From assembly GCA_016839705.1 (NCBI GenBank), contig JAEOTR010000006.1:32001-96000 (forward strand): a stretch of 64,000 nucleotides of DNA, in the 5' to 3' direction. Positions 31,379-42,237 of this stretch are shown here, one piece after another. The stretch comes from Promethearchaeota archaeon. Its GTDB lineage: Archaea > Asgardarchaeota > Lokiarchaeia > Sigyniarchaeales > SOKP01. The position numbers and the translations under genes are program-made. The notes below the pieces were generated by a model that was not told the origin of the DNA, searched no databases, and worked only from the letters and a program-made list of their open reading frames with translations. Numbering within the stretch: the first letter of the stretch is position 1; each line of letters opens with the position of its first letter.

Positions 31379-32194
31379 CTATTTTGTAGCTTTTAAAGTG
31401 AATAAAAGAGGAATTTCTGCTTTTTGGTTTTTTAAATGACAATAACCATCGGGTCCTTTTTCTGCAAACGGGAATTGCTTCCAGACAGTGAACGGATATT
31501 CATTTAGAAATTCAATTCTCAAACCCGCTTCAATAAGTGAATTAATGATATCTGACATGCTATGAGCCCATTCATATTCTTTTTTTGGTTCAATTTTAAC
31601 ATCTGAACCATATGATCCATCAGCAGTAAATTCCATCGGTTCTGGATGATAGAAGTAATTGTAATAAACCTGAAGGTCTTTGATATCTTCAGTTTCATTG
31701 TCAAAAACCATTGAAAATGGATGAATTTCAGCAATGTAAAAGAATCCACCTGGTTTTAGGAAATGAGTAATGATTTTTCCCCATTCTTTTAGATCGTATA
31801 GCCAACAGAGTACTCCGATTGAAGTATATACAATATCAAATTTTTCAGTTAGAACCTTAGGCAAATCATAGAGATTTGATTCAATGAAATTAGCTTTAAG
31901 TTTCGCTTGCTTAGCAAGTAGTTTTGCTAATCGAACTCCCTCACTGGATATGTCAGTTCCTGTAACTGTTGCTCCTTCTCTTGCCCAAGAAAGTGTATCA
32001 AGACCAAAATGACATTGGAGATGTAATAATGATTTACCTCTCACATTTCCCATTTCTTTTAATTCATAGGATTTCAGGGTATTTTGCCCTTCTAAAAATG
32101 CTTTAACGCTATATTCTTCACTTTCTGCTTCATAATGTAACCTAGCAAACGCATCCCAGAGTTCTTTGTTTGCATCAAAATATTTTTTATTCAA
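31379..32194 (-). CDS. Class I SAM-dependent methyltransferase
   Basis: LHLQCHFGLDT, FDIVYTSIG and LKPGG. Confidence 0.9.
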   Translation of the reverse strand: MNKKYFDANKELWDAFARLHYEAESEEYSVKAFLEGQNTLKSYELKEMGNVRGKSLLHLQCHFGLDTLSWAREGATVTGTDISSEGVRLAKLLAKQAKLKANFIESNLYDLPKVLTEKFDIVYTSIGVLCWLYDLKEWGKIITHFLKPGGFFYIAEIHPFSMVFDNETEDIKDLQVYYNYFYHPEPMEFTADGSYGSDVKIEPKKEYEWAHSMSDIINSLIEAGLRIEFLNEYPFTVWKQFPFAEKGPDGYCHLKNQKAEIPLLFTLKATK

Positions 32195-32228
32195 ATAATA
32201 TCACTCTCTCCTCTTCATTAAAAATAAT

Positions 32229-33038
32229 TCAAAACACTAAGTATTTAAATTTTTCATCAGATATTAACCATGCTTCTATGAAATCATCTCTAGCCCTTGT
32301 GTTCCAAATATTTTCAATATTCTGGATACCGTAACTTAGATCGATTAGTAATTCTCTATCAACAACATATTCCTCATGTGACGGATAAATTTCAATGTTC
32401 CCTCTTTCTTGAAAAAGGTTTAACAATTTTAAGAGACTCGTTAGATGAGTAGTGAAATCTTCTTTTGAAACATATATAGCACCATAATGAGCAGTATCAC
32501 CAGTAAAAAGCTCATTTCTATTTGTTAATAAAGAAATTGAGCCTGAAGAATGTCCTGGTGTATGAATAACTTTAACCGATAGTTCACCTAACTCTATAAT
32601 TTCATTATCATCTATAGATTTAATATTTTTAACAGGTGGAATAGTAAAGTTATTGCTTTCAAATAGTTTAGCGATTTCTTTAGGAGAATCTTTTAAGAAA
32701 GAAATATCCATTGGTTTGGAAATTGAATTTATTTCTTCATTGTGAATAAGAATTTCATCAAATTCATAATTTCCACCTACATGATCAAAATGAGAGTGGG
32801 TATTAATTACCAATAGCGTTTTGTCTTGAATTAAATCATCTACGACTGGTTTAAGAGGGAATAATCCACATCCTGTATCAATCAATAGAGCAGAATGAGA
32901 TCCAATAATTAAAAACAAATTATCGTAAGTAGTATAAAATCGAGGATCAATTTCATCAAGTCTTTCTCGTATCACATACAAGTACTCTTTATGTTTTATG
33001 ATTTCAAACCAATTTCTATTCTCGCTATAATCCCCCAT
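32229..33038 (-). CDS. MBL-fold metallo-hydrolase
   Basis: IDTG, THSHFDHVGG, HTPGHS and FTGD. Confidence 0.9.
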   Translation of the reverse strand: MGDYSENRNWFEIIKHKEYLYVIRERLDEIDPRFYTTYDNLFLIIGSHSALLIDTGCGLFPLKPVVDDLIQDKTLLVINTHSHFDHVGGNYEFDEILIHNEEINSISKPMDISFLKDSPKEIAKLFESNNFTIPPVKNIKSIDDNEIIELGELSVKVIHTPGHSSGSISLLTNRNELFTGDTAHYGAIYVSKEDFTTHLTSLLKLLNLFQERGNIEIYPSHEEYVVDRELLIDLSYGIQNIENIWNTRARDDFIEAWLISDEKFKYLVF

Positions 33039-33157
33039 AAATTAATTCATCTATCTGCGAGGTATATTTTGAATTTAGAAACAATATGTAAAAAGATTGA
33101 TATAGAATTATTCTGTTATATTTATAAATATAAGCTTATTTCCTATAGTAGATTAGT

Positions 33158-33910
33158 ATGGCGACATGGGGTGCTCATTTTCGTATTGCAGAGAATATTC
33201 TGAAAGAATATCCTAATTTAAAAAGAAAGTATTTTGCCATAGGTAATATAGCCCCTGATGGCGGAGTTCCTAACGAAAATTGGACCTCCTTTACACCATC
33301 TAAGGATATAACTCACTTCATCATTGCAAAGGATGATTTTATGGTAATTAAACTAGATAAATTCATTCTAAATGATATTGAATTTTTTTCAAGATATTTG
33401 AAGGATATAAATTTAAGTTCTCTGGAAAGCTCTCAATCTTTTCTTCTTGGGTATTTTACTCATCTCATAACAGATAATTTATGGAATTATTATATTATGA
33501 AACCATTAAAAGAAAAGCATTTGGAAGAGCTTCGAAGTGATCTAAATTTTATATGGAAGGTTAAATCAGATTGGTATGATTTGGACAAGATATACTTGAC
33601 AGAGAAAAAGGATTCTTTATTTTGGACAGACTTTCTAAAGACGGAATATGATGAACATTTCCTTGATTTTCTACCCAAAGAAGGGATTCTACATCAGATT
33701 AAACTCATTAAAAATTTTTACCAGATCTCTGAGGAGGAATATTCAAGAATTTCAAAGAGAGAGTATGTTTATCTAAAAAAGGAAGAAATGGATAAATTCA
33801 TTCAAGATTCTACTCAGGTGATATTACTTATACTTGAACAAGTTTTTAACAAGAATTTTAACCTTACAGGAAAAATATCATTTTTAGATGATATTATCAA
33901 CTGGAATTGA
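33158..33910 (+). CDS. Zinc-dependent phospholipase C-family protein
   Basis: WGAH, GNIAPD, THF and GYFTHLITD. Confidence 0.8.
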   Translation: MATWGAHFRIAENILKEYPNLKRKYFAIGNIAPDGGVPNENWTSFTPSKDITHFIIAKDDFMVIKLDKFILNDIEFFSRYLKDINLSSLESSQSFLLGYFTHLITDNLWNYYIMKPLKEKHLEELRSDLNFIWKVKSDWYDLDKIYLTEKKDSLFWTDFLKTEYDEHFLDFLPKEGILHQIKLIKNFYQISEEEYSRISKREYVYLKKEEMDKFIQDSTQVILLILEQVFNKNFNLTGKISFLDDIINWN

Positions 33911-35048
33911 GAATGTTACTAACGAGTTTTTTATTTGATCTTTCCTCTAGTTTCATAATAACATGATAACTTAATCTCCCAATCTGTACTTTCACTGAAA
34001 CATGTCCTTGCCATAATTTATATATTGCTCTTAATACAAGAGTCATTAAAATAAAAACACCAGCGGCAAAGAACCAAATATCAATCACATTTAATTGGTT
34101 GAGAAAAAGGAAATGTAGTATATTATGAGTAAGGAAAATTGTTAAGGAGTAATATGAGAAATAAAAGAATAACTTATAACTCTTTTTTGTCTTAATAATT
34201 TCAAAAATTTCAACTGACAAAAGTAATGAAATCAAAACAATATTTATTCCTAAAGAGTAAATTACCCAAGATAAGCTTTCCCTTAATAAATATCTTGGAA
34301 ATTCATAAAAAACTCCAAAGAGAATGAGGAACGCTCCAACTACCACCGATGGAAGTAGATAACTATATCCGAAAGATTTCCTTTTATTATTTTTAGATGA
34401 ATCCGAATAGAATGCCTCAAAAAGAGAATCCCCGATTACTGTTCCAAATAAAAAAAAGGGGAAGAATACTAATAGTGGAACTAAATGAATCCCACTATAA
34501 AACACATGAAACAAGACTCCATATAAACTCAAGGTGCCTTCATGTGGTAATAATATATTAATTATGAATGGATTTACTATCCATAAAGCACATCCGAGGG
34601 TAATTCTAAACAGTTTTGAAGTTTTTAAAAGTGGCCATGCTATAATCAGTGAAATAGCTGCTGTTAGCAAAACAAACCAAGTCCAAATCCATTTAGGGGC
34701 CATTAAAGAAATAGCAATAAAAATATTATAGAGTAAAGCAAGTATAAAAATAAAAAATGCACGCATGAGGTAAGAATTTCTTATAGCTCGATGAGAATAA
34801 CCTTTTGTATTGTTAACTTTTTTTAGTTTGTTTCTATAGGATAATGCTATGCTAATACCTGAAATGAATAGCAACCCTGAGGCCCCAAAAGAGTCAAAAA
34901 TCATTACAGTAATTCGATGCAACCAAATAAATTCACTTTTTAGCCACCAATCAATTAAGTGTGTTAAAACTATCCAGAACATGCATAATCCACGGAAAAC
35001 ATCAATACTTTTTAGTCTATGAGATTGCATTTGAAGAAGTATAGCCAA
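33897..35048 (-). CDS. Transmembrane acyltransferase (HGSNAT/DUF1624-like)
   Basis: RLKSIDVFRGLCM...H, FLFISG-like motif and YSLTIFLTH; about 10 TM helices. Confidence 0.8.
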   Translation of the reverse strand: MAILLQMQSHRLKSIDVFRGLCMFWIVLTHLIDWWLKSEFIWLHRITVMIFDSFGASGLLFISGISIALSYRNKLKKVNNTKGYSHRAIRNSYLMRAFFIFILALLYNIFIAISLMAPKWIWTWFVLLTAAISLIIAWPLLKTSKLFRITLGCALWIVNPFIINILLPHEGTLSLYGVLFHVFYSGIHLVPLLVFFPFFLFGTVIGDSLFEAFYSDSSKNNKRKSFGYSYLLPSVVVGAFLILFGVFYEFPRYLLRESLSWVIYSLGINIVLISLLLSVEIFEIIKTKKSYKLFFYFSYYSLTIFLTHNILHFLFLNQLNVIDIWFFAAGVFILMTLVLRAIYKLWQGHVSVKVQIGRLSYHVIMKLEERSNKKLVSNILNSS

Positions 35049-35184
35049 TTACGAAATTTCGCAAAAAACAATTTTTTTTATAAAAAATAGGGATTGTGTC
35101 AATATAAAGCTATGATCGAGAGATATATTTTCAAAAATATTCTATGAGATTGCCTAAAAATATATAAACTAAAAAAAAAATAAA

Positions 35185-35913
35185 TTAGGGTAATGTTACT
35201 TTCCCACTATTTTCGTCAAGATTAAGAATTCCTTTAACTGCAAGCTGTTTTATAGTGCGAACTGCCATTATTGGTGGAACATCTAAGAGTTTTTTTAAAT
35301 CATCTAATTTTGCTTCTCCCTGGTCCATGATTGTGGCTAATATATCAACTTCATGAATTTCTTCGTCAGAATTTTCAATCAAAAATGAAGTAAAAAAATT
35401 TTCTTGTCTCAATTGATTAATTTTAGCTTCTAGATCATCCATCTTTTTCTGGTAAGTATTATTTAATTCTGCTTCACGGTTTTCATTTTCAACAGTTTTT
35501 TGATCTAGTGCTGTTTTGTCTTCTTCTTTAATAGTTATTTTTTCATTTACAGAACCAAGTTTTTCCTCAAGTTGGGTAAGTTCAAATGCCGGTTTTTTCA
35601 AATCATTAACGCTTGTTTCTAAAGTATTTGTTAGTTCAGAAATTTTTGAATTGAACTCATCCTTTTTTGCTTTAAGCCCTTCTATTGTTCTGTCTAATTC
35701 TTCGGATTTTGTTCTTAATTCTGTTAACTCTGAATTCTGAGCAGATAATTTTTCCTTGATTGTTTCTTCTTCTTTTTGTTCAGCTTGCATAAATTTCCAT
35801 GCTTCTCTTAACTGAGAAAGAACTTCTTCATTATGTTTTTGTAGAACTTGCCAATAAGTGTCGTAAGCGGTCTCAAATTGTTCAATCAATGCTAATATTT
35901 CTGGTGAACTCAT
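35185..35913 (-). CDS. Long coiled-coil protein with C-terminal winged-helix-like domain
   Basis: About 170 aa of heptad-rich sequence, then ILATIMDQGEAKLDDLKKLLDVPPIMAVRTIKQLAVKGILNLDENSGKVTL. Confidence 0.75.
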   Translation of the reverse strand: MSSPEILALIEQFETAYDTYWQVLQKHNEEVLSQLREAWKFMQAEQKEEETIKEKLSAQNSELTELRTKSEELDRTIEGLKAKKDEFNSKISELTNTLETSVNDLKKPAFELTQLEEKLGSVNEKITIKEEDKTALDQKTVENENREAELNNTYQKKMDDLEAKINQLRQENFFTSFLIENSDEEIHEVDILATIMDQGEAKLDDLKKLLDVPPIMAVRTIKQLAVKGILNLDENSGKVTLP

Positions 35914-36659
35914 TAGAAATCAACCTCCCCTTTTAATGTTACTGTTCCACCTGCTTCATCATACTCAATGGGTCCATTTTTTTGAACCATTTTCACAAGT
36001 ATATTTCTGAATACATCTTCCCTTAAACCACTAGCTGAGACCAAGGCTTTTATTTCTAAGGTAGACTGTGGCAGTAAAGCATTAATTACTTTTAGTTGTG
36101 GGGATTGTATATAACCAGCTTTAATTAAAGATTTCATTGCGGCCGCTCGTATTGCATATGAATTACTAAACTTCTCTTTTTTATTAAAATCTCCTTGAAG
36201 TTGAGTTTCAAGTTCTTTCATTTTATTATCAAATTTCTCTTGAATATCTTTTAATTCTACAAGCCTATTTTCCAATTCTTCTAGACGGCTAGTTCGAGTT
36301 GATAATTCTTCTTTTTGTGTTGTTATTTTAGTTTGAGTTTCATTTAATTCATTTTGGGCATCTTGAATTTTATCAAGAAGAGCTTGACGTTGAGTTGTTA
36401 GCTCTCCAATATTTTCTTCTAATGAAGTAATATCACGTTGATTCTGTGAGATTTTATTTTTTAAAGAATTAATCTCATCGTCGTTAGATTCGATGTTCCT
36501 TAGATGAGTAGTTTTTTCTTCTTCGAGATTTTCAATATTTCCGAGGATATTAGTTGGCTGAGATTGCAATTTCGGTACTGAATCTGAATTTAATCTATTT
36601 AACTCCTCAATAATTGAGAGTATTTTTTTTAAAGATGATTTCGTATCAGTAAGACTCAT
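35913..36659 (-). CDS. Long coiled-coil protein with C-terminal winged-helix-like domain (paralog)
   Basis: Same architecture; its stop overlaps the downstream ATG (TAATG). Confidence 0.75.
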   Translation of the reverse strand: MSLTDTKSSLKKILSIIEELNRLNSDSVPKLQSQPTNILGNIENLEEEKTTHLRNIESNDDEINSLKNKISQNQRDITSLEENIGELTTQRQALLDKIQDAQNELNETQTKITTQKEELSTRTSRLEELENRLVELKDIQEKFDNKMKELETQLQGDFNKKEKFSNSYAIRAAAMKSLIKAGYIQSPQLKVINALLPQSTLEIKALVSASGLREDVFRNILVKMVQKNGPIEYDEAGGTVTLKGEVDF

Positions 36660-36754
36660 TTTAATTTCTCCTATTTAAAAAGTTATATCAAATCTTTATA
36701 AAATAATAGTGTAGATTTTTATAAATTTTGATTTTTAGGTAAGGCAAAAGAATA

Positions 36755-37594
36755 TTATATTTCTTTAGAAATTTCTTTAATAAAGGAAGTTGATCGAATC
36801 GGACCATAGGGAAGGTTCCTTCTTTCTATAATTATGTTTAACTGCTCAATGATTTTCTTTGTAAAATAATTAAAATCAAATTGAAAGGATGAGTTTGTTT
36901 GATAATATTTTCTTAGAAATATATTAATAAGATCAATTTTATGCCTAGGTTCATCCATATCAAATAATCCAGGGCTTGTATCGAGTAATGAACAACAAAT
37001 CCATGCTAAATCATCTATATGATTTCCCTCATACGAATCTTCAAAATCTACTCCATACATGATTTCTCTTGAAGGATCTAAGATAAAGTCTCGTAATCTT
37101 GTATCTCCTTTATTCAAAACAAAAAGTTCCTCAGATCGACGCTTTCTTACAATGTTTTTTTTATGTAATTCAGCAAGCCATTCAGCAAGTTTTTCAATAC
37201 TTAAAATTATCTCCGTTTTCAAGTCAGGCTCTAAATCCTCTAATTTTTCATTATTTTTTAAATTATCATTGATGAAATCACAAAGATTAAAACCTTCAAC
37301 TTTTTCTAAAATTAAGTAAGGTTTTTTTAAGGACAATATTTTAGGAACATGAAAATTTTGATTTTTTAATCTCGTTAAGATATTATTTTCACTTACTATA
37401 TTTTTTGTTCTAAAGATTTTGATAATAAACTCTTGTGGAAAATCTTGTAGTTTTTTATCAAAAACCAAGTGGACTACCGTGTTTTTTCTGCTATCTAATT
37501 CATAGATATTAAAATTATAATTATCTTTGCGAAATTCAGGGATTATGCCTTTTAGATCCTTAACAATTTTGTTCTTAATGGCTTGTACGCTCAT
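36755..37594 (-). CDS. Atypical kinase/phosphotransferase (RIO/APH-like fold)
   Basis: FIIK, ENNIL, LILEKVEG, NKGDTRLRDF (HGD..N variant) and GVDFE. Confidence 0.7.
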   Translation of the reverse strand: MSVQAIKNKIVKDLKGIIPEFRKDNYNFNIYELDSRKNTVVHLVFDKKLQDFPQEFIIKIFRTKNIVSENNILTRLKNQNFHVPKILSLKKPYLILEKVEGFNLCDFINDNLKNNEKLEDLEPDLKTEIILSIEKLAEWLAELHKKNIVRKRRSEELFVLNKGDTRLRDFILDPSREIMYGVDFEDSYEGNHIDDLAWICCSLLDTSPGLFDMDEPRHKIDLINIFLRKYYQTNSSFQFDFNYFTKKIIEQLNIIIERRNLPYGPIRSTSFIKEISKEI

Positions 37595-37723
37595 CTCGGA
37601 TATTGTTTTTGTTTTAAACTAAATTAGTATTCTTATAAAGCTCAAGATAATATACATCTATAAAATTATGTGTTATCAAGTATCTAATTAATCCACTAAT
37701 TAATGAATTCTGAGAAAAATATG

Positions 37724-38296
37724 TTATTTTCCTTCTTTAATTTTGTGTAGAATAGTCTCTCTTACTTCAGAAAATTCAGGAATTACAACAATTCCTTCCA
37801 TTTTTTTTAGCTTTTCAATATTTTCCAATTCAATGTCTCTTATTTTAAGTACAAGGGGAGATCCATCAGGTCTTGTTGTGGTTATGGGTTCTAGATCTTG
37901 ATCTGAAGGAAATATATGTACATCCATTCCCCCTTTAATGGCTTGTGCAACACAATTAGTAATTAATGTATCGGCTATTCCTTGGACAATTTTAGCTACT
38001 GAATTTGCCGAAACAGGACACACTAAAAACATATCATATTTTCCTACTTGTAATGGACCCGCATAAAAAGGGATATTAGGTGTTTTTTCCACCTTAATTT
38101 TTTGAACCGTCTTTGTTAGAGCTAACCACTTTTTATACCATTTTACAACAGCGGCACCCTCTTTTGTTAGGATAACCGTCAAATCTATATTAGGATCCTC
38201 TTCCAATTCTTTCATTATATCAATACATTCATCTAAAACATAACCAGTTCCCGTGATTCCCCAAATAATATGTTTACGATGTTTTTTTTCTTCCAT
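37724..38296 (-). CDS. afpA: Archaeoflavoprotein AfpA-like
   Basis: WGITGTG, CPVSANSVAKIVQGIADTLITN and PSD. Confidence 0.82.
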   Translation of the reverse strand: MEEKKHRKHIIWGITGTGYVLDECIDIMKELEEDPNIDLTVILTKEGAAVVKWYKKWLALTKTVQKIKVEKTPNIPFYAGPLQVGKYDMFLVCPVSANSVAKIVQGIADTLITNCVAQAIKGGMDVHIFPSDQDLEPITTTRPDGSPLVLKIRDIELENIEKLKKMEGIVVIPEFSEVRETILHKIKEGK

Positions 38297-38444
38297 TTTA
38301 TAGGAGCACCTTATTTTTTAATATATATTATCTTAATCATAGATATTTTAAATTTTTTTTATAAAATCTAAAGAAAAGTATTATTAACGCTTTCATTATA
38401 ATTCATTAACTGGGAAGCTTTAAAATAAATAAGAGTGATATAAC

Positions 38445-39677
38445 ATGAATAACTCTAAGTATATCTACTTGGATAATGCTGCTACAACCCCAATGGATCC
38501 TCGGGTTATTGAAGAAGTAAATAAACATTTTAAAGAGACCTATGGAAACTCTATGAGCCTACATTCAGTAGGACAAAAAGCTGCTCAACTTTTAATAAAA
38601 TGTAGAGAACCTATAGCATCACTTATCAATGCTCATAGGGATGATATCTTTTTTACTTCTTCTGGTACTGAGGCCGATAATATTGCTATTTTTGGGGTTG
38701 CTTCAAGGTGTGAAAAACGTGGTAGCCATATTATTACCTCTAATATTGAACACCATGCTGTTGAAAATCCATATAAACAATTGGAGAAAAGAGGTTTTGA
38801 TGTTACTTTTTTACATGTTGATAAATTTGGTCTTATTAATATAGATGATCTAGACAAAGCAATTACAGATAAAACAATTCTAATTAGCATAATGTTTGCT
38901 AATAATGAAATAGGTACAATTCAACCTATGAAAGAGATCGGAGCTATAGCAAAAAAACATAACGTTATCTTCCATACTGATGCAGTACAAGCCTTTGGAA
39001 AAGTTTTTATTGATGTGAACGAGATGAACATAGATTTATTATCTGCTTCAGCTCATAAATTATACGGACCAAAAGGAGTAGGAATGCTCTACATTAGGAA
39101 TAAAGGAGTTAAGGAAGGCTGGGGAAAATTTATTGAACCAATTATGCATGGTGGCGGTCATGAAAGAGGTATGAGACCTAGTACTGTAAATATTCCGGGC
39201 ATAGCTGGATTTGCTAAAGCCGCAGAGATAGCAGAAGAAGAATTAAATGATGAAATGGAAAGACAGATAAAATTACGTGATAAAATCATTAAATGGGTAA
39301 CTGATAATATCGAAGATTCATTTCTCAATGGGCATCCAACCAAAAGACTTCCTAATAATGTTAATTTAGGATTCAAATATATAGAAGGTGAATCAATTGT
39401 ATTAGATTTGGATATAGAAGGTATAGCAACATCCACGGGTTCAGCTTGCTCCTCTGAATCCTTAGATCCATCTCATGTATTATTAGCAATTGGTCTAAAA
39501 CCTCAAGAAGCCCATGGTTCTTTAAGAGTCTCTTTAGGGAGATTTACTACAGAAAAAGATGTAGAATATTTCTTAGAAAAACTACCAGCTGTTATTGAAC
39601 GATTGAGAAAAATGTCTCCACTTAAAAAGGGAGTAGAATATATGTTTTCAGATTCCCCGAATAAAGATCATCAATAG
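38445..39677 (+). CDS. iscS: Cysteine desulfurase (IscS/NifS type)
   Basis: YLDNAATT, HTDAVQ, SAHKLYGPKG and STGSACSS. Confidence 0.95.
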   Translation: MNNSKYIYLDNAATTPMDPRVIEEVNKHFKETYGNSMSLHSVGQKAAQLLIKCREPIASLINAHRDDIFFTSSGTEADNIAIFGVASRCEKRGSHIITSNIEHHAVENPYKQLEKRGFDVTFLHVDKFGLINIDDLDKAITDKTILISIMFANNEIGTIQPMKEIGAIAKKHNVIFHTDAVQAFGKVFIDVNEMNIDLLSASAHKLYGPKGVGMLYIRNKGVKEGWGKFIEPIMHGGGHERGMRPSTVNIPGIAGFAKAAEIAEEELNDEMERQIKLRDKIIKWVTDNIEDSFLNGHPTKRLPNNVNLGFKYIEGESIVLDLDIEGIATSTGSACSSESLDPSHVLLAIGLKPQEAHGSLRVSLGRFTTEKDVEYFLEKLPAVIERLRKMSPLKKGVEYMFSDSPNKDHQ

Positions 39678-39760
39678 TTAATTATAACAATAATCAATTT
39701 CTCTACTCATACAAGGAAAAATTCGAAAGGATTATTGTAAAAGAAATTTTCTTCTATGTA

Positions 39761-42151
39761 ATGAGCATAGAGGAATTTAAATTTTCAACTAAAACAATCT
39801 TAATCGAAAAAAAAGAGGATATAAGCTCTTCTTACAAAATTAAAGCATATAATACTAAATTAAAATTTATGGAAGAGAGGAAAATTCCTCAAAAGCCCAT
39901 AAATGACGTGTTAAATGAATTATTTCTCAAGAATAACTATATATCAAATAACACTAAAAACTCTATTTCTAAAATTATTTATTCCCAGAAAACACGGATA
40001 TTAATCTTAATCACTAATTCAGGCAAAGATATTATAATCAATCGCGATAGATTAGTTAGAGATTTTGGATGGTTTTTTTTTATTCAGAAATCTGAAAAAA
40101 AAGAGAAAGTATCAAAAGAGAAAAAATCCAAAAGGAGAGAAGAGAAAAAAAAAGAAATAACTATTCAAAAAGAGAATTACCAATTTAAAGATCTAGTAAT
40201 CTCTGTGAAAGAAAAAGAGAATATGCGTTCACTTTATCATACCAAGGAATATCGACATTATTTGAAAATAATTAAATCACAGAATATAACTCAAGTTCCA
40301 GCAAAAGAGGTACTTGATGATTTTTTTAATAAGGATAAGCTTGTTCCAATTGAAGAAAAAAAAGGGATAAGAAAGATCATCTATTATCAAAAAGAAAAAG
40401 TAATTGTTATTAAATCTCTTATAGGGGATGAGATGTATGAGAATTTAGAAAACTTGGTTAAGAAATATGGATGGTATTTTTATATAACTGGAGTACCTGT
40501 TGGAGATAGTGAATTATGCATCGCAATTGATAAAATTGAAAAAAGATTTAATGAAAATTACTTTACAAATATATCTCTAATAAGTGAAGAGGGAAATTCT
40601 AAAGATATTAGGGTAACAATTTATCCTATTGTTTTAAAGCCTAATCATAATAGCCATATCTTGGGTTTGGGAAAACTCAATATTTTATTAGATTGTGGAT
40701 TATCACCTGAAAAAACCGAAAAAGAAACAGAAGAGATAAAAGAAGAACAGGAAGTTCAAGAAGAAAAAGATGTAGAAGAGAGAGAAGAAAAAGAAATCAT
40801 TGATGAAGAAGTTACAGAAGGAGATCTGAGGTATATCGAAGAATATCTTCAAACCCTACCTCAACTTATTATAGAAGAAGAAAAGACGAGGAACGATGAA
40901 GTAATTGAGAAGACGGAAGTAATAAGCTCAGGTACTATACCTCAAAATCCTAAAATAGATGCTATTTTTGTCTCGCATAGTCATTGGGATCACATCGGTG
41001 GGTTGAAAGAAATAATTAAACTCTATCCTGATATCCCCATTCTAAGTTCCCATATAACTATGGATCTCTTTCTACTCCGGGATTCAAAATTCCTAAAACA
41101 GGAAAATCATGAAGAAATTGAAGAAGAAGAATACCAAAATATTATAAAAAACGTAATTTATGTAGAAAATGGCACTAAAATAGAATTCAAAGAAAAAGAT
41201 TGCTTCTTATCCTTCTTCCATGCAGGACATATGCCTGGTGCATTGATGATGCTCGCAAAAGTAAATAATTTCAGATTACTCTACACAGGAGATTATACAT
41301 ATAATGATATAACACCATTCGCTGGGACGAAAAGGTACCTAGAACAAATATCTCGTCCTATTGATTATTTATTAATTGATGGTACAAGCGCTCGAGAAGA
41401 TTTTGGTAATATTTCTGATCAATTTCACAGTTTGATTTTATTTTTAGAACAAAAAGCAGAATATGGTGATAATTCATTAATCGGAGCAGATCCTTCAAGT
41501 TTAGCAATCTCTTTTATGTTAACCTTCTGGAGATATTTTAGAAAGCTCCAATTAAGGCGTGATTACAAGAATCGCCCAAACATTTATGTAGATATGATGG
41601 TGCGAAAAAACATTCAAGTAATTAACCATCGATATGAATATATCCATGGACCAATTTCTCGATTGATTAGAGATAAAGCGAACCCATTTAATAGCATAAA
41701 GTTTAGATGGTTTGATCATGATAGTCTAGATTTTCTACGTAAGAAAAATAACATAATTATCTCTCATCCTCCCGATCTTTCTTATGGATTAATAAGAAAG
41801 ATAATAAATAGTGTAGGGCGCAACCCACACAATTTTATATTTCTTGCTGGTTCAATTCATGAATCTCCTGGTTTAGAACTTGTTGAGGGGGCTGAAGAAA
41901 TTGAATTTTCTGAGACATGGAAAATGCCCTTTCGCGCCTTGCTACTCAACACTTTTGCTCCTAATATTAAAATAAAACTTCATGCTGATAAAAACCAATT
42001 ACGTGAGATGATAAAAGCTTTAGATCCTAAAGAAGTATGTTTTTTCCATCAATCTGCCAAAAAGTTAATAGATGTCGTTGAATATATAAAAGAATTAGGC
42101 GTTGAGAAAGTTTCTTTACCAAAAAAGAGACAACTCTCAATACTGAATTAA
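39761..42151 (+). CDS. Beta-CASP metallo-beta-lactamase nuclease (CPSF-like) with two degenerate KH-like N-terminal repeats
   Basis: LLDCG, HSHWDH, AGHMPG, YTGD, IDGT, HAD and final H; two N-terminal repeats ending L(V)xxxGW(F/Y)FxI. Confidence 0.8.
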   Translation: MSIEEFKFSTKTILIEKKEDISSSYKIKAYNTKLKFMEERKIPQKPINDVLNELFLKNNYISNNTKNSISKIIYSQKTRILILITNSGKDIIINRDRLVRDFGWFFFIQKSEKKEKVSKEKKSKRREEKKKEITIQKENYQFKDLVISVKEKENMRSLYHTKEYRHYLKIIKSQNITQVPAKEVLDDFFNKDKLVPIEEKKGIRKIIYYQKEKVIVIKSLIGDEMYENLENLVKKYGWYFYITGVPVGDSELCIAIDKIEKRFNENYFTNISLISEEGNSKDIRVTIYPIVLKPNHNSHILGLGKLNILLDCGLSPEKTEKETEEIKEEQEVQEEKDVEEREEKEIIDEEVTEGDLRYIEEYLQTLPQLIIEEEKTRNDEVIEKTEVISSGTIPQNPKIDAIFVSHSHWDHIGGLKEIIKLYPDIPILSSHITMDLFLLRDSKFLKQENHEEIEEEEYQNIIKNVIYVENGTKIEFKEKDCFLSFFHAGHMPGALMMLAKVNNFRLLYTGDYTYNDITPFAGTKRYLEQISRPIDYLLIDGTSAREDFGNISDQFHSLILFLEQKAEYGDNSLIGADPSSLAISFMLTFWRYFRKLQLRRDYKNRPNIYVDMMVRKNIQVINHRYEYIHGPISRLIRDKANPFNSIKFRWFDHDSLDFLRKKNNIIISHPPDLSYGLIRKIINSVGRNPHNFIFLAGSIHESPGLELVEGAEEIEFSETWKMPFRALLLNTFAPNIKIKLHADKNQLREMIKALDPKEVCFFHQSAKKLIDVVEYIKELGVEKVSLPKKRQLSILN

Positions 42152-42237
42152 AAGTTTTATACGAAATAAACAATAAAACTTTAAGTCAATAATTTCTTCT
42201 TCTTTAATGAACTACATAAGCAATAAGGTGAGCTATA

